Made by a program: the position numbers and the translations under genes. From the NCBI GenBank assembly GCA_030141605.1, contig JAQGDQ010000996.1, forward strand, positions 1 to 64,000: a DNA stretch of 64,000 nt, in the 5' to 3' direction. This document shows positions 14,051 through 28,583 of this stretch, piece by piece. The DNA is from Tubiluchus corallicola. Its lineage: Eukaryota > Animalia > Priapulida. The notes below the pieces were generated by a model, which saw only the letters and a list, made by a program, of their open reading frames with translations, was not told the DNA's origin and searched no databases. Position 1 is the stretch's first letter; every line of letters begins with the position of its first letter.

Positions 14051-14620
14051 TGCTGTAACTTATTCTGATGCATCTTTTGGTCGTGTTATAAAAGCTAAAC
14101 TCGCTAGTTAACCGTAAAATGTTACCGAAAATTAGATTATTTTAATTAACTTAGTAAACCATGCGAAAACCACGTGTAAGCCAGCTACATGCGTAATGCA
14201 CATTCAGTTTTATTCATGCACACAAAAAAGTAGTCGACGGAAAAAGGACTATTTGATTCGAAGAAACTCAATTTGTTTTGGTTTATTTGACATCTCAGCT
14301 GTCTTTAAACGCTCCAACCACGTAAAAATTAGATAAAAATGAGGTTTGTATAGCAGCAGCAAATAAAACGTGTTTCTTCTACTGATCCTAAAAACTACAT
14401 TCCTTTCCTGACAGTATGCTTATTACTAGTATTACTGTTAATTTTATTTCTTTTTTATTTGTTATGGGAAAAATTACGAACAAATAGACAGATTGGTCAT
14501 TTTGCGCGTCACGCCGTCTTTCTTTGCGAGTTTTGTTTGCTGCGAAAAATTTTCAGTAAAGGCGGTAAAGTGGATTGTTCTGTGAAGCTTCAGTTTAAAA
14601 TTTTCTTTGTCACATAAACT
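14051..14620. promoter_or_regulatory. Putative bidirectional promoter between C2orf69 and NAP1, with a probable non-coding first exon of NAP1 (~14510-14620)
   Basis: Head-to-head gene arrangement. The region contains CACGTG (~14171), a reverse CCAAT (ATTGG ~14492) and GCGTCACG (~14506). A donor-like GTAGGT at 14621 could splice to the acceptor TTTATAG ending at 15217. No transcription start is observed directly. Confidence 0.45.
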
Positions 14621-15238
14621 GTAGGTTTCTGCTGTCTGCGTGTTTTCATTTATTATGTTATCATTTCTGTTTTTAGAGGGTTGAATGATTTTCAGTTTCA
14701 TTGTTTGAACGTCATGGCAGGTTTGCCAGTCATTTGGGCATATTTTTAAGAATGTTGACGTAATTAATAGCACACAAAAGTGTGATGTAGTTTCTGGAGC
14801 ATAATGGAACAGTTTCATTCGTTGTGGATTTCGACTTTCACCAGATAAACAAAATTAGTTTAGTTTCTTGACGTTTTTATCTGTGCTAAACAAGTGAAAT
14901 TGCTAAAGTGAATGTTAATTCACGTGACAGAGTGAAAGTGTGTCAATTTATTAATAATCAGTCATTTTATAATTGTTTTAGTTGATTTTTTTGTAACATT
15001 AATCGAAGATAATGCTATTGCCAATATACAGTTAGCCCCTTAAGTTGTATATGATTGGTATACTGCCTCTTGTTTTGAAAACGTAGGTTTTTAATTTGCA
15101 AATAAAGATCTATGTGAATACTGTCTATGAATAGACATTGTTTTACATTGTATTTTTTATAGTGTATAGCCTACAGAACAAATAATATCTGTAAACCTGT
15201 TTATAAATGCTTTATAGCCACTCCATTGATTATAATTG

Positions 15239-18200
15239 ATGGCCGACAACAGGACAGAAGAGGCCATGGAGGCAGGTGTACCAATCGATGTCGATGAAGA
15301 AGCCGCTCACGCTGATGGTGAAAAAGAGGACGATTCTACAGAAGCCATCATTGACACGCGATTAGGGAAACTGACCTCTCAAGCTTTGCAGAACCCGCAG
15401 GTTTTAGCCGCATTACAGGAAAGATTGGGCCAAATGGCTGGAGCATCGAGTGGTTACATAGAGAGGTAATAAATCTCTAACTTTTTACATTGTATGTTGC
15501 ATAATGTTCGTTATTTGTAATTAATTAAATTCAATGTGCAGTACGTCTTGTAGGGATGTTAAATGTTACAAATTTGGAGATACGATAACGATATATGATA
15601 CTTTTCCAACAATACGATAAAGATTTTTAAACTATTTTTAGATGATACGATAAGTTATTTCCAACGATAAAAGCGATACTGAAGTTAGATTATTTAATGC
15701 AATAACAGAAAAGTATCAATAATTAAAATTATTAAACGCTTTAGTGCATTTAATGCTTTATGTTTATATGACTGCTAATTATGAAACACAAGTTTGTTTG
15801 TCATTATGATTCATAAATAAGTAAGCTGCGACAGATAAACATGCTACTATGGTAAAAATATTTGTCTATGCGAGCTGCACATGAACGGGAAAGTGACACC
15901 AAAAATACAGTACAGTGCATTTGACATCCGCACATCAGTACGGAAGTATATAAAGGGGGTTCTCTATAGTTTGTCAGTATAACTGAGAATGAAGATAGCC
16001 GTTGTTGCCAGGCGAACGTATAAGAAAATGATTTGGCGTCTGACAAGCCTATAATTTTAAATAAGTTTTTTTATCCACTTCTTTTGCGTAATTACCATAA
16101 ATAGAAAAGCGAAGCGACTTTGTAAAGGTAAACGGTAAGCAACGATTTGGTACAATAATGATATTCCTACAATAATGTCGATACGATAATGATAAAAACA
16201 ATTTTTTTTTATCGATACAGTATTCAATAATTATCGGTGTGTTATAATTATGGATACGTGTTGTCATCATTACCATCCCTGCGGCTGTGTACTCAAAGGT
16301 GAAATTGGTGTCAATGTTACATTTTAGTATCTGGTAAATGATGAAATTATCAAGCTTTGTTGATTGTTAAGGGGAAGAAAAGGCAATTTTAAAGCACATG
16401 ACAAAAACTTTCCTTACAAAGTTACATTACTTAGTGTTGTGTTTATCTACTTGAAAGACCCTTATAACTAGAAAAGAAAATTCTTGGTAATTTAAACTAT
16501 TCGTGCCAACTGATAAAATGTCACTGACTCATCTTCTCCACTGGCTCACCAAAAATGTATCTTTAATCTTATTGACAAGATAAAGTAAATATATATACTT
16601 TTGCTTAGTCATTGAAGTGTGCGCTACAAATGCTTTTAAGTGTTTTTTCAAACATTATGCTTTGTTATCTAAACTTGTCGGTACGGTATGTCTTTACAGT
16701 AGTTTAAATTTACTAGTATGTATGCATACTAGTAAATGCATAAATGTAGCTCTGTATGCATTAAGATGAGATGTAAGTGATTTTTTAAGCTTTATTTATG
16801 AAGACGAATTTTTAAGCTCTATTTATGAAAGTGTTTTCTTGTGCCTTATAATCTTATTAGGAGTGTTTACAAGAAATTTAATGCTACATTGGTTGAGCAG
16901 AAGCTTTTTCCTGATTTGGAATTTCTGTTGGCAGTCCTATCAAATGTACCCCCCCCCCCAATATACAGAAAAGTTTTTTTCCACTCGCTGCGTTCTCATT
17001 GGTAAGTGAAATACCCGTATTAAATGTAGCAGAAATCTGTGTTTTTTGTAAAAATATTCAAGCAAAATTTTTCTGCAAATCAAGTGTTCTAGAAGGAATC
17101 GAGCCTATAAATAATTTTTGCGAGAAGTTGATTTTTTGGGAAAATTTTAATTTTGTTGAAAAGCTTCTGGAAAGAGGTTTGGCAAAAAACTGATCCGGAT
17201 CTAGTGTATGCCCTCCACAACTTATGCGGATCCAGTGTGCGCCCTTTACAAGTGATGCAGATCCAGTGTACGCCCTCCACAACTGATGTGGATCCAGTGT
17301 ATGCTCTCCACAACTGACGTGGATCCAGTGTACGCCCTCCAAACTGATGTGGATCCAGTGTATACTCTCCACGACTGATGTGGCTCCAGTGTACACCCTC
17401 CACAACTGATGCAGATCCAGTGTACGCCCTCCACAACTGATGTGGATCCAGTGTACTCCCTCCACAACTGATGTGGATCCAGTGTATGCCCTCCACAACT
17501 GACACCCTTTTGCTTTTATTTAGCATGTAACATTCCTTTGTAATGTGCACTAACTGGAAGCTCTGGACTGATGTAATTTTACGTAAAATGTTTTGGTTTA
17601 AATTATTTAGGCTTAATGTGGTCAGAATTAGAATTTAATGGAGTACGAATTGAGATCAGTATCAAGTATTTAGAAAGTATCCTAACGCATAAAAATGTTA
17701 ATCCTTTGTATTATGCTTTACTTCAGAACTTCAGTTTGTAAATTGTTTGATTCCAGCCTTCCAAAAGTGGTTAAACGACGCATTAAGGCTCTCAAGAAGC
17801 TGCAAGCCACCTCTACAGACATAGAGGCAAGATTCTATGAAGAAGTTCACTTGTTGGAATGCAAATACGCTGTAGAATACACGCCATTATTTGAAAAGGT
17901 ATGCTGTAATCTGCATGGGAAAAATTTGCTAAACAAAATTCAAATACCGTACATTTGGAATTGCATCTGTGGATTTTAAATTGTTTATAGTGTATAAGGT
18001 AGACTTTGTGTGCTAGTGCTGGCCAGGAAAACATATCGATTAAATTTCTAATAAGTTGTACAAACCTATTTCAGGGATGTTACTGAAACTGAAATTACAA
18101 AGTGAAACCGTTATTTGTGAAACGTGGGAAACCATTAGTGCCAAGGCAAAACCATTAACTGTTGTGGCTTTAAAAAAAAATTATATTTTGTAATTGTGTG

Positions 18201-21200
18201 CTTTTATTGCAAAACCGTCCGTAAGTCGGGAATTAACGTTTTCTAGTTATTCACATACCATGAATCTCCATTTCATGAGGAGTATTTTGATACCAAATTC
18301 ATTTGATACCAAGACTTGAAAACAGAAAAAATCCGAAGCAAAATGACAGCTTCCACGAGCTAGTATCAGAGTTTTAAAATACAAGTTTTTTGCAATTGCA
18401 GTACTAGTTTCTAGGCAGTGATATGGGCACGTGGTTATAAAAATACATTTTTATTATTTTTTGGACCTTTTCTTGATAATTTGATGTTAAACTATAAAAG
18501 TCCAATATACGTAGCATTTGTTTTTATAAAAAACAGAAAATCGACATAAGACCAAAATTTTGGTGCATTCTACTTTGAAGCATCATACCGTAGTTTTAAC
18601 TATTCCAACTTATGGACAGTTTTGGTTTGTTAGCACACAAATATTTTCTTACCTATGTTTCCTAAATTGTAAAATAACATTGAAATTATACTTTCATATT
18701 TTGGTTAAATTATAACTGGAAACGTTGAAGTTTCACATTTGTCAGCACTGAAGATATGCCACATTGCCATAAATATCTAACTTCAACATGCACACTACAT
18801 GAAATTTTCACTTAATTTGAACTATTTTACCCAACATTTCGCAGCGGGTTTTAACATGTAGGAGAAAATAAAATTTAAACTGAATAAACGCTACTAAAAC
18901 CCCGGAAAAGTACTACCAGAAATTACCCCAAAAATTCCGCTATGCAACCTAATAAATTCGATGAAAACAAACCTAAACTGAAATACAATAATTGGCAAAC
19001 AACTGAGTCGTTTGCAGTTTGCTGTGATAGTTTCTCTTGCTTAAGCTATTGATTTATTCTGAAAAGAAAAAGTGAAACTTGCTTGTCTTCAGTGTGGATT
19101 CGGAACTGCATCTCTGCTTTTGTGAAAGGAATTAAACTGGTAAAGTGCTGTCATTGTCAACACTAATTATTTTATTTACTTATTGGCTTGTTAAACTCAT
19201 TCGGAATTTTGTAGTAAAGTGTATGTAAAAGTGTTCCTCCATAATTTCTGAAACGGTAAACATGATTTATGCGATATTTGTACTTTTGATTAACAAATTT
19301 ATTACTGATCAAATATGTTTATTATTTCAGAGGAAAGATATTGTTAACGGGAAAGTTGAACCTACAGATGAGGAATGCGAGTGGCCATCAGACGAAGAAG
19401 AATTAGCGGTATGTACTAATCTTTTCTTAAAAGTTTCAAGAGATTAATAACCGTTTGGTTTCTATTGTCGTTGTCTAATTTAATTTATTTGTTTTATTGT
19501 TTATCGAGTTGTAGTCAGATTTGAAGTTGTATCTTCTCTGATTTAAATAAAAGAAGTTAGTATTCATGTGCAGTTCTCGTTAATACAGATTATGAATTAG
19601 TTATACATTTCATATTCTTTTATTTATTTCTTTTATGTCTTCCACATTTCTAGTTTGCATTTACTTATTTATAGTTTATAATAGCAGTGGGACATCAGCT
19701 TCATTTTTATAATCGATAGCCAGACATAAAATAGATTCAATAATTGATTATAATCTGTTTTCAGGCATTTGGTAATTTCGAAATTTTTGACTAATGACAC
19801 TTTCAGTGCAGCAGGATTATTATCTTAATCACTGCTGTTTTAATTGCAATCTTGTTATAAAATTTAAAGTGTCAGGTTAGGAAAAAGTTCTAAACAAGTT
19901 CCTTTCATTAATGTGGAGTTTAAAAAAACAGTCCAATAACTGTCATCATTATTTACGACGTCGTTCATACTACTTATTTTTTTTTTACAAAAAACCACCT
20001 GCTCCCGCTTGTGAGAAATCTTCGTGTCAGCTTCGCAGGGGGTTGAGGTTACTTCACTTTACTGAAATGTGTACTATTTTTGGAACGGAAGTGGTGCTGA
20101 CAAGGCCACTGGCATAGCAGTTATCTGGTATTTTGCTGTATTACTGCAGTGTCTAACTGTCTTGAGGGCAGAAGTCTTTCATTTCATTCTGCCTGCTCTA
20201 CAATAGACATAATGGACATATGATGACTATGTTTGCCATGCGATTTTAGTTGTGTTTTTTTTTGTGAAAAATAAGTGCTCGTGGCATTGCACTGGTAGTG
20301 CAATATCATGATTGCGGTAAAGTTTAGCAACACGGCATCACTTTTGCGTAGTAAATTCAAGCCCTTCTGATGCCACTTAGACATGAAGGTTTCTCATAAA
20401 CAGGATTTTGTAAAAAAAAATGATTATGTAGAAATGACGTCGCAAATGATAACAACTGCGCTAATGAAATAAACTCATTTAAAACCTTTTCCTTACTTTA
20501 TATTTACACCGACTACTGAAAAAAGGATAAATGGCCAGAAATAAAAGCCTGAATTGATTATGATTGACTAAATCGATTAATCAATCCTATCGCTACGATA
20601 CAGGATATGAATATATTATAGGATAATATAAAGAATAAAGCTAGTATAGAAGATACTCCTAAAGAAAAAGAGGACAAGGAGGACAAAGAAAAAGCAGGTA
20701 AAATTTTTTTGTAAGAAATGTTTCATGAAAACACTTGGTAACTTGTTGCATAATAAAAAGTACATAAATAAATGTTTGGATACTGGGAGAGTCCGTTTTT
20801 TCTAATACTCTTTGATAAAGGGGAGGAAAAGGCAATTTTAAACTATGTCCGAAACAATTTTCCTCTGAAATTATGTTGCTTCGCATTGCGCTTACCTGCT
20901 TAAAAGACTTATGTAACTACATAGGAAAAATCTTAGTAATTTAAAATGTTTGTGCCAATTGGTAAAATGTCACTGACTCGCCTTCCCAGTGTGCTCCACT
21001 GACCCACAAAAAACACATTTTTAATCTTATTGACAAAATACAGTAAGTTACAAGATACAATAAGTTTTTTACTTTTGCTTAGTCAGTGAAGTTTGTGCTA
21101 CAAAAGCTCTTATTATACTTTCAAGCTTTATGCAATGTTACATAAACTTGTTTCAAGCGACCTACCGTCAAAATGGCTGCGTCTAGCGTTCAAAACCCAT

Positions 21201-24200
21201 CGTTTTGGTGAGTCCGCATGCGTTGGTGTAGCTCAGAGAGGAAGCTGACATTGTGTAAATGTATTTACGCATTAAATTACTCCTGATAGTTTTGCAAATT
21301 TACACAGTTAAGGAAAACGAGTCATATTCTTAGCTTTTCGCGACAGTGTCAGTGAGTTTTTGCTTGCTGTGCGTAAATTTCAATACAAATTTTGTTAGGC
21401 CAAAATAGCAAAGAATGATTCGATAAGATTACCACATGCCATACTCTAGACCACAAGACTCAATAATAATGATCGGTGGCAGCCATTTACCTGGACTTAG
21501 CTTAATCTCATAGCCTTGATCAAATATATTAGTTTGCAATCCGAAGCATTGTGTTACTTGCTTATTGTATTTTTTGCCCAACTGCCTGCTGATTCCCTGG
21601 ATATGTCATTTTAGAGCGCCATTTGCCGTTGCTGTGAATCCGTTTTTTAATAAACATTTCATATACCAGCTCTAATTCTATTATGACGTGAAAGTGTAAG
21701 AACTGGCTAAAAATTCTTTAATTCTCTAAGGCTGGCATGGCAGCGAAATAGACCTCTTTATAGAGTTATGCTGAAATGTTATTTTATGTGTGCTGACTCC
21801 TGGCCATACTGTCCTGTGTAATCATATGTTGCTGAAGATGTTTGTGCCCTTTTCAATAACAAATCACTTTAAATTTTCATTTTATTCCCTCCTCAATCAA
21901 AGCGTTCAATAGCTAACTCTGAACACTTTTCAACTTTCTTAAGCTTTATTTCCCTTGTACCATTTAGATTTATATGTGCAGCTGAATTAATTTTTATAGT
22001 TGCCAATTTGTTGTGCCAATTGCTTTTACTAATCTGTGCAAAGCTGGAATGACAAATTTCGTGCATCTCGTGTAGTATATATGACCAATAAAGATGTCTA
22101 TTCTATAGCTATGTAGAAATACACTCATATTTCGGTTTGTCGTACAAAAACGACTGGAAACATCAGGCCGAATTTGCCGTATTTACCGATACTAAGCTAA
22201 TACAGTAGGCGCCGTGTATAAGACTCACGGTAATGTAGAATCAACCGACTAATTGTCTCATTTGCGTCCGTGTAAAAAGTACAATTATAAACTGTCGGCA
22301 GTTGACTCAAGTAACTCAGCATAATTGACTCTATATTTTTATATATTAACATATGCACGTGGCTACAGTGATGTAATGATGTAAACAAAGTCACGGCCCG
22401 CCTACTAGCGGTCAGCTCGCAAAACAACGGACTGTGTCCGTAGTATGCGGGACTTTTCATTGTCCAGATTTTGTTGAATTCTTCCGATATCCGTAAATCG
22501 AGGTCCGACAAACCGAGATATGAGTGTACATAATACTGCTTCACGTCTTAATATTTGCAAAATGCAGAAGTAACTGGAATTCTGTATGTTATTATATAAT
22601 GGAGTCAAAGTGTTAACGGGTTAGCTGTGTTACTGTCGCTTCGTGTTCAGACACGCTCTCTTATTGCTTCCTAGAAGAGGAATCTCCTAGCGGAATTCCC
22701 GAATTCTGGCTGACGATCTTTAAGAACGTAGAACTGACAGCTGAAATGATTCAAGATCACGACGAACCAATTCTGAAACATTTACAAGACGTAAAGGTGA
22801 ACTTCAGTGAAAAAGACCCAATGGTATGTCTTTGCTTTTTGATTTAACTGTGCAGTCAACCTCGGATATAAGGAACACCTCCGGACCGAACAAAATCGTC
22901 CCTTATATTGGATGTTCCTTATAGCCGAAGTTGAGTCAGACCGAGGGTGTATCTGGACCTGTACTTTTCTGTACTTTTACCCATATTTTTTGGATTATTG
23001 CTACGCATTCAGTGTAAACGGTATGTAGGAAGCTCCTTCAGTGATGCGAGATGTAAGTGACCGCGGAAACCGAGTCGTTCGAAGGCCGAGTTTGAGAAAA
23101 AATTTCGCTTTGATCATAGGGACCTTTATATGCGAGGTAATTTACCTGGGTTTCTGTTATGCGGGATCTGAAAATATCATCCCTTATAACCAAAAGTCCC
23201 TTATATCCGAGTACCTTGTATATGAAGATTTTTACATAGGAAAAACATTACAAAAAATCGGGCCTGGTGTTAATGGTCCCTTATCAGCGAGTGTCCCTTA
23301 TACCCGAAGTTGACTGTATATTAGAGCACCAACTGCAAGCAAAAGTACTATGTTACCAAAATTATTTTAATCGTTGACTGGCTACGTTTATTTTGACTGG
23401 AGACTAAAATTTTGTAACCTTTCGAAATTGATACGTTGCAGGCAGGCCTGGATTGTGACCCGTAGGCTAATGAATTTATAGGGCCCCTCACCCTCTACGT
23501 CACTCCCACCCGTCTTGAATGTTTTTTACTGTTTTAGCGCATTTACATAGCTTGAAGTAAACTGGAATACGTATCATTTGTTTATCAATAAAAATATTTT
23601 TTAAGAAATACCACTTCGCTATTTATTGCAAACCAAATGAGCACGTTTCTACACAATCGTAGTAGAATTTTTTTACCAAAGCTTGTGCCCTGGGTTGCAG
23701 CCTATATTAGCTTATAAGATAATTCTGCCCTGCTGCAGCGGCATACTTACCTCTCAGATCCAGATATCCCAGGTAAGTATCCAGATCCAAGCAATTAGGG
23801 TAAATACGTATAAACACGGTGCCTAGAGATACAACTGGCAAATTTCTCGACACTATCTCCATCTAGTCTTCTATCTTTCTGTGGATTACTGTAGAGTACT
23901 CATCTTAAATTTGTTGGGTTACTAACGCATGACGGAGAAAACAGTTTATCGTTTTGCATTTGCAGTTTACATGTTTATCGTTTTGCATTTGCAGTTTACA
24001 TGTTTATCGTTTTGCATTTGCAGTTTACATGTTTATCGTTTTGCATTTGCAGTTTACATGTTTATCGTTTTGCATTTACTATTTGCAGGGCTTCACGCTA
24101 GAGTTCCATTTCTCTCCTAATGACTATTTCTCAAACACCGTATTGACTAAGCAGTACACGATGAAGTGCAAGGCGGACCAGAAGCAACCGTTCAGTTTCG

Positions 24201-27200
24201 ACGGGCCAGAAATTATACGTTGCAAAGGGTATGTATTATGAACGCAGATTGGGTTTCTGACTCTAAAGCGAGTTTGGTAATAGAGGTACAGTCGGAAGAA
24301 GTTAATTCATTACTCACACATTGTAATTATCGTAGACTTAATAAAGTATGCAAAATTCTACCTATAAGAGTATATAGGAGCGATATCTGAGCGTCCCGTG
24401 CGAAGAAGGATGTTATTATGCGGCGACCTGTTGCAAGGTTACATATTTGGCAAAGTACAGTATGTAAACGCTTCAACTTAATTAATACTATATGACAGTT
24501 AAACATGGGGCAGTCAGCTCACTCGTATGACTACAGAATAACTCAAGCATACAATAATGATTCAAGTTCATTCAACAGACTAAAATCTACTTTAGCAGCT
24601 GTACTTGCAGAGTGGTTGTGACTAAACAATTGACTTTAACTTTCACTGTGACTTTGACTAAAAAGAGGTGAATCTAGGAAACGGGATTTAAATTTCAATT
24701 GCGTATCATAAAAAATAGTAATAAAACCAAAACTACCATTTTTCATTTGTCGTCTGATGCAGAATTGTATATTTCTTGTTTTGTTTTATTTTGCTTTGCT
24801 GAATTTATAATTTCTTTTTACTTTACATTTATGCATGTTTTTGTTTTGATAATTTTCTTTAGATTTGCTACATGTATAATGTAAAACTATATACTCATTT
24901 GCCAACCCAACAAATTTTACTAATAATAAGGGTGGCTGATTTAAATAACTATTTAGTCTTTCGCCACCCCTCTCTTGAATTGTATTTTTTAATTTAGTAA
25001 TAACTTTGAGTGTGATATGTGCAAAAGGGAAAATCAAATGAATCTGAATCTGTGGTTACTGAAAAATGTCGTGAAATAGTGCACTGGTTTTGTTAATTGA
25101 ATTTTCTTAACAATAGTTTCAGTGGGAATAATTCTGGATCACGTGTAAATGGTTCTAAACTACTGCAGGTTTTATTATCCGTGGCCTACTATTAATAGCG
25201 TCATACGTACGACAATAGACTAAGACTGAATTCGTCTTTTTTCTGCAAATTTAAGGTCAAAAATTGATTGGAAACAGGGAAAAAACGTGACAGTGAAGTT
25301 GATGAAGAAGAAACAAAAACACAAATCAAAGGCTCAGACGCGATTTGTAACGAAGAGTGTACCTCAAGATTCGTTTTTCAACTTTTTTGAGCCGCCCGCT
25401 GGTGAGTGGATTTAGCAAGTGTTTCTACGTCTGATTATTTCGTAGGGGAAATTTCGATTACTTCTAATTGCACTTTTAGTTTGGGAATCGACGTTTACAG
25501 GAAAGGCTAAGCGTTTTGAGGAGTTTTGTTTATTTCAGTATCACAAGAGATATTAGAAGGATTTAGTAATAAACGTGTGATAGGTAGCTTGTGTAATTAG
25601 TTAAATCGCTTATAACGTGTGGGCGTTTTGAACACCCATTCTTCCACCAATGACATCATTCATCGACTGAAGAAAAGCAGCGCACTGGCAATTTGACTTA
25701 TTTTACTTTATTTCACAATCATTTAAAAACATACATTATAAAATAAATGATAAAATAGTAAAACACGAATGTGGGAAGAGACGTAAAGAGACAAGCTACT
25801 TACATGTGCCTGTCATACAGAAACCATTTATCAAAATTCAAAAACCACATTAAGAATTCAATTAGAATTAGCTTAAGCAATATGCGCTTTCGAAAAGCCA
25901 CGATGCCACTTTATGAAAACTCACAATCTCCTCTAGTCGTGTCAGTTTTCAAGTGAATGACAGACACCACAGCGGTAGTATAAATTAACTTTATGTTTTA
26001 CTGACAGTCTTTTGCTAATTTCTTAGTTGTATTTTTCTAAGTTTACGTGATAATAATAAAATGAATCCTACGTGCTGTGTTACTTGTCCTTCCCTTTAAG
26101 GTTTATATGTTTGCAGTTAGAATATATTAATTTTATTCACTTGTAAATTGTAAGAAACGTAGGAAGTTAAATCTAATTCCAGCAAAACTATGTCTGTTTC
26201 TCATTATCTGTGATTCTCAAACTAGGTGCTGCTATAGCATCATTGGATTCCACTTGTGTGGGACGATTCGTGTAAAAAAATGTGGATCACAATTTATCAG
26301 CTGTTTTCTTAATATCGTAACTATAAGTCTTGTTGAACAGTATCTGCGTCGTTGCTACTCTCCTTCTGATATGCAGTAAAATATATATAACTCGAACACC
26401 TCCGGACTCGAAAATTATGCGAAAGTTCGAGTTAGACAACGTTTTCGTAAGAAAACAAGATCGAGTCACTCATCAACGTCGTACAATACACTACTAACAC
26501 TACAAGCTGTGGAAATGACAGACTGAGTATTTTAATAATAATAATAATAAAATGACTAGTCCACCTCTATTGTAGTCTGAGTATCACGGTTAGTAAAATT
26601 CTGCAGCAATAATATTGTGATCTAGTTATTAAACTGCATTCGTTAAGCCATGTTGTGTTCAGCATGCAAAATCTTGGCAATTTAGCAGTTAAAATCGTAA
26701 TGTGGTGCGCGCTTTCGTGTAAGGCTTCTTGCTTGGGATACTGTTCTAGATAGGCGGGGTAATTCCATTCAGATTTTTAAGAAATTTATTGGGAATTCGG
26801 TTCGAGTTACGCGATAATTTGAGTTACAGATTTCAAGTTGCGCGATGTTTATTAAAAACAAAAAGGAGAGGGAAAATCCGTTCCACGAGATCTGTTCGAG
26901 ATACGGAAGAATTCGAGTCATACATAGTTTACTGTATTTTAAATTTTTGTGGATATGCAATCTGCGTTTAATTTATTTCAAGCGCAAGCAACTCGATAAG
27001 ACGGGCACTCTAAAGGTAAATTCACATGGCATTTTAAAGAGATCGAGAGTCACTCACTTAAATTATTGCATGTTAAAAAACACAAACATGTGAATTGACT
27101 GCTATTAGCTATTCTGTTACAAGTCAACCGCAGGATAATATTATCCGGAGGTCGGTATTTTTCAAGCCGGAGCGTGGCACACGTGTCCTGCATCACTTAT

Positions 27201-28583
27201 GCCCTCTATGTGACAAATGTATGCTTCGTTTTTAGTTCCAGACGCAGAAGACGCCGTAATTGACGAAGAAACGGAGTCGGTCCTGGCTGCCGATTTCGAG
27301 ATCGGCCATTTCATCAGGGAGAGAATCGTGCCGAGAGCCGTTCTGTATTTCACCGGAGAGGCTGTGGAAGATGATGAAGATTATGATGAAGAAGGAGAAG
27401 AGGAAGAGGTAATTAGATGTTGATGCTGTATTATCACTTCATGTTGTTTCTTTCATAAATGGTCATTTAAACGTCATAATTTACATTTAACGATGTTGTT
27501 AATGAAAGGAGCCTTTCTGATATTTGGCACTAATTTATGAAGCTGTTTCGTCAGGGTGCATTTATCCCGAAAATGTGTAAAATTTCTCGAAACGTTTTTG
27601 TTGACAAATTACGGCTTGTAAAACTTTGCTTGTGGAATATGGGAGAAGTTGCGGTTGCTGTTTTGCAGCCATTTTCGTTGAATCTTTAGTTGCCGTTGGC
27701 ATAATTTACTCATCATGTGTGCCTTTTACCCCAAAGCATCTCCTCCACCTGCTTGTTTTTGCATTTGTGTGGGTCAATGATCTCTGTATTTCTAAATTTT
27801 TAAATGCTTTAAGAATCTTGAGAGTTTGTGAATGTCAAACTGTGATATTACCCAAGATTCGACTGGCGTTGCGTCGTCCTTTAACATGTCCCAACAGCCC
27901 AAATAAGGGAAACTGCGGTGTGATCACACGCACAAACTGCAGTCAGTGCCAGAATTTCGACGCGAATCCCCCAAATCCATTTATTCACGTCAATGCCAGT
28001 TTACCGCAAATCTACTTAGATTCGCACAGGTTTTACCTGAATTTAAAAAAAATAAAGAAATACTGGTACTAACCTGACTTTTTTGCTCTTTACTAATACA
28101 CACACTGCCTTTACTAATACACACGTTTCAAACTACACTCCAAGTATCATAAAGTTGCCAACGAGGTAGTGAACATGAAAACTATCAGATGGCACAGAGG
28201 AAGACGAATCAGAAAATGTTGAATATAAGATTATTGATTGAATTCTATAATAAATCACTTTAAAGATTGAAGCTCGAAATGATTATAATTTCATTACTTA
28301 ACAATTGAACCACGGTCCTCTGGATTCTTTGAAAAAACTGGAATTCTGGCAGAATAATTGCAAATTCTGTGTTTTCTTTATAAGAACATCAATACGTAGG
28401 CATATACCGTAATGCTTTTTTGGAAGAATTGGCAGCTGTAAGAAAATAATTTATTGGATACCAAACTACCAAAATCTGATTAATATAATGTAACAATAGA
28501 TATCTCTGTACGATTTTCAAGGTGAGAAGTGAAGAAAAACGATCAGATTATTTCCCAAGCCACAAGAATGTAAACAGCAGTAG
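15239..28583 (+). CDS. NAP1L1: Nucleosome assembly protein 1-like (NAP1L1/NAP1L4 family)
   Basis: Exons 15239-15465, 17757-17898, 19331-19408, 20622-20697, 22675-22823, 24089-24228, 25256-25401 and 27236-27408, plus a terminal exon ending PQECKQQ* at 28583. Motifs: [80 protein letters not shown] and C-terminal CKQQ. The start of the terminal exon is ambiguous. Confidence 0.93.
15551..16281. mobile_element. hAT-like MITE
   Basis: TAGGGATGTTAA ... TTACCATCCCTG, with ACGATA / ATCG subterminal repeats. Confidence 0.55.
17192..17505. repeat. Minisatellite, 31-bp unit GGATCCAGTGTACGCCCTCCACAACTGATGT, about 10 copies
   Basis: Period of 31 (17281 and 17312). It explains the repetitive ORFs at 17058-17550. 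Confidence 0.95.
22853..23316. mobile_element. Tc1/mariner-pogo-type MITE, family A
   Basis: TIRs CAGTCAACCTCG ... CGAAGTTGACTG-TA. Homologous along its length to 31533-31980. Confidence 0.8.
23944..24077. repeat. Minisatellite, 29-bp unit GTTTATCGTTTTGCATTTGCAGTTTACAT, about 4.6 copies, abutting a NAP1 acceptor
   Basis: Near-perfect copies with CAG ending at 23965, 23994, 24023 and 24052. Confidence 0.95.
26373..26935. mobile_element. Degenerate Tigger/pogo-like MITE
   Basis: CAGTAAA..ATAACTCGAA ... TTCGAGTCATA..TTTACTG-TA, with repeated subterminal TTCGAG motifs. A related end lies at ~49310-49336. Confidence 0.55.

Noticed and set aside
17058-17550. Repetitive ORFs (WRAYTG/HWIHIS)
   Set aside because: They are translations of the 31-bp minisatellite.
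19990-20205. H/ACA snoRNA-like hairpins in a NAP1 intron
   Set aside because: Hairpins and an ACA are present, but there is no ANANNA H box in the hinge. It would need snoReport or Infernal to revive.
26505-26590. C/D snoRNA-like segment in a NAP1 intron
   Set aside because: There is no proper C box, it lies inside a MITE and contains an (AAT)n run, and no target was recognised.
27626-28072. 148-aa ORF in the last NAP1 intron
   Set aside because: It has a non-ATG start, no recognisable motif and no acidic NAP1-like composition.
28185-28240. Acidic stretch [17 protein letters not shown] as an alternative NAP1 last exon
   Set aside because: The acidic frame needs phase 1, but the upstream donor at 27408 is phase 0.
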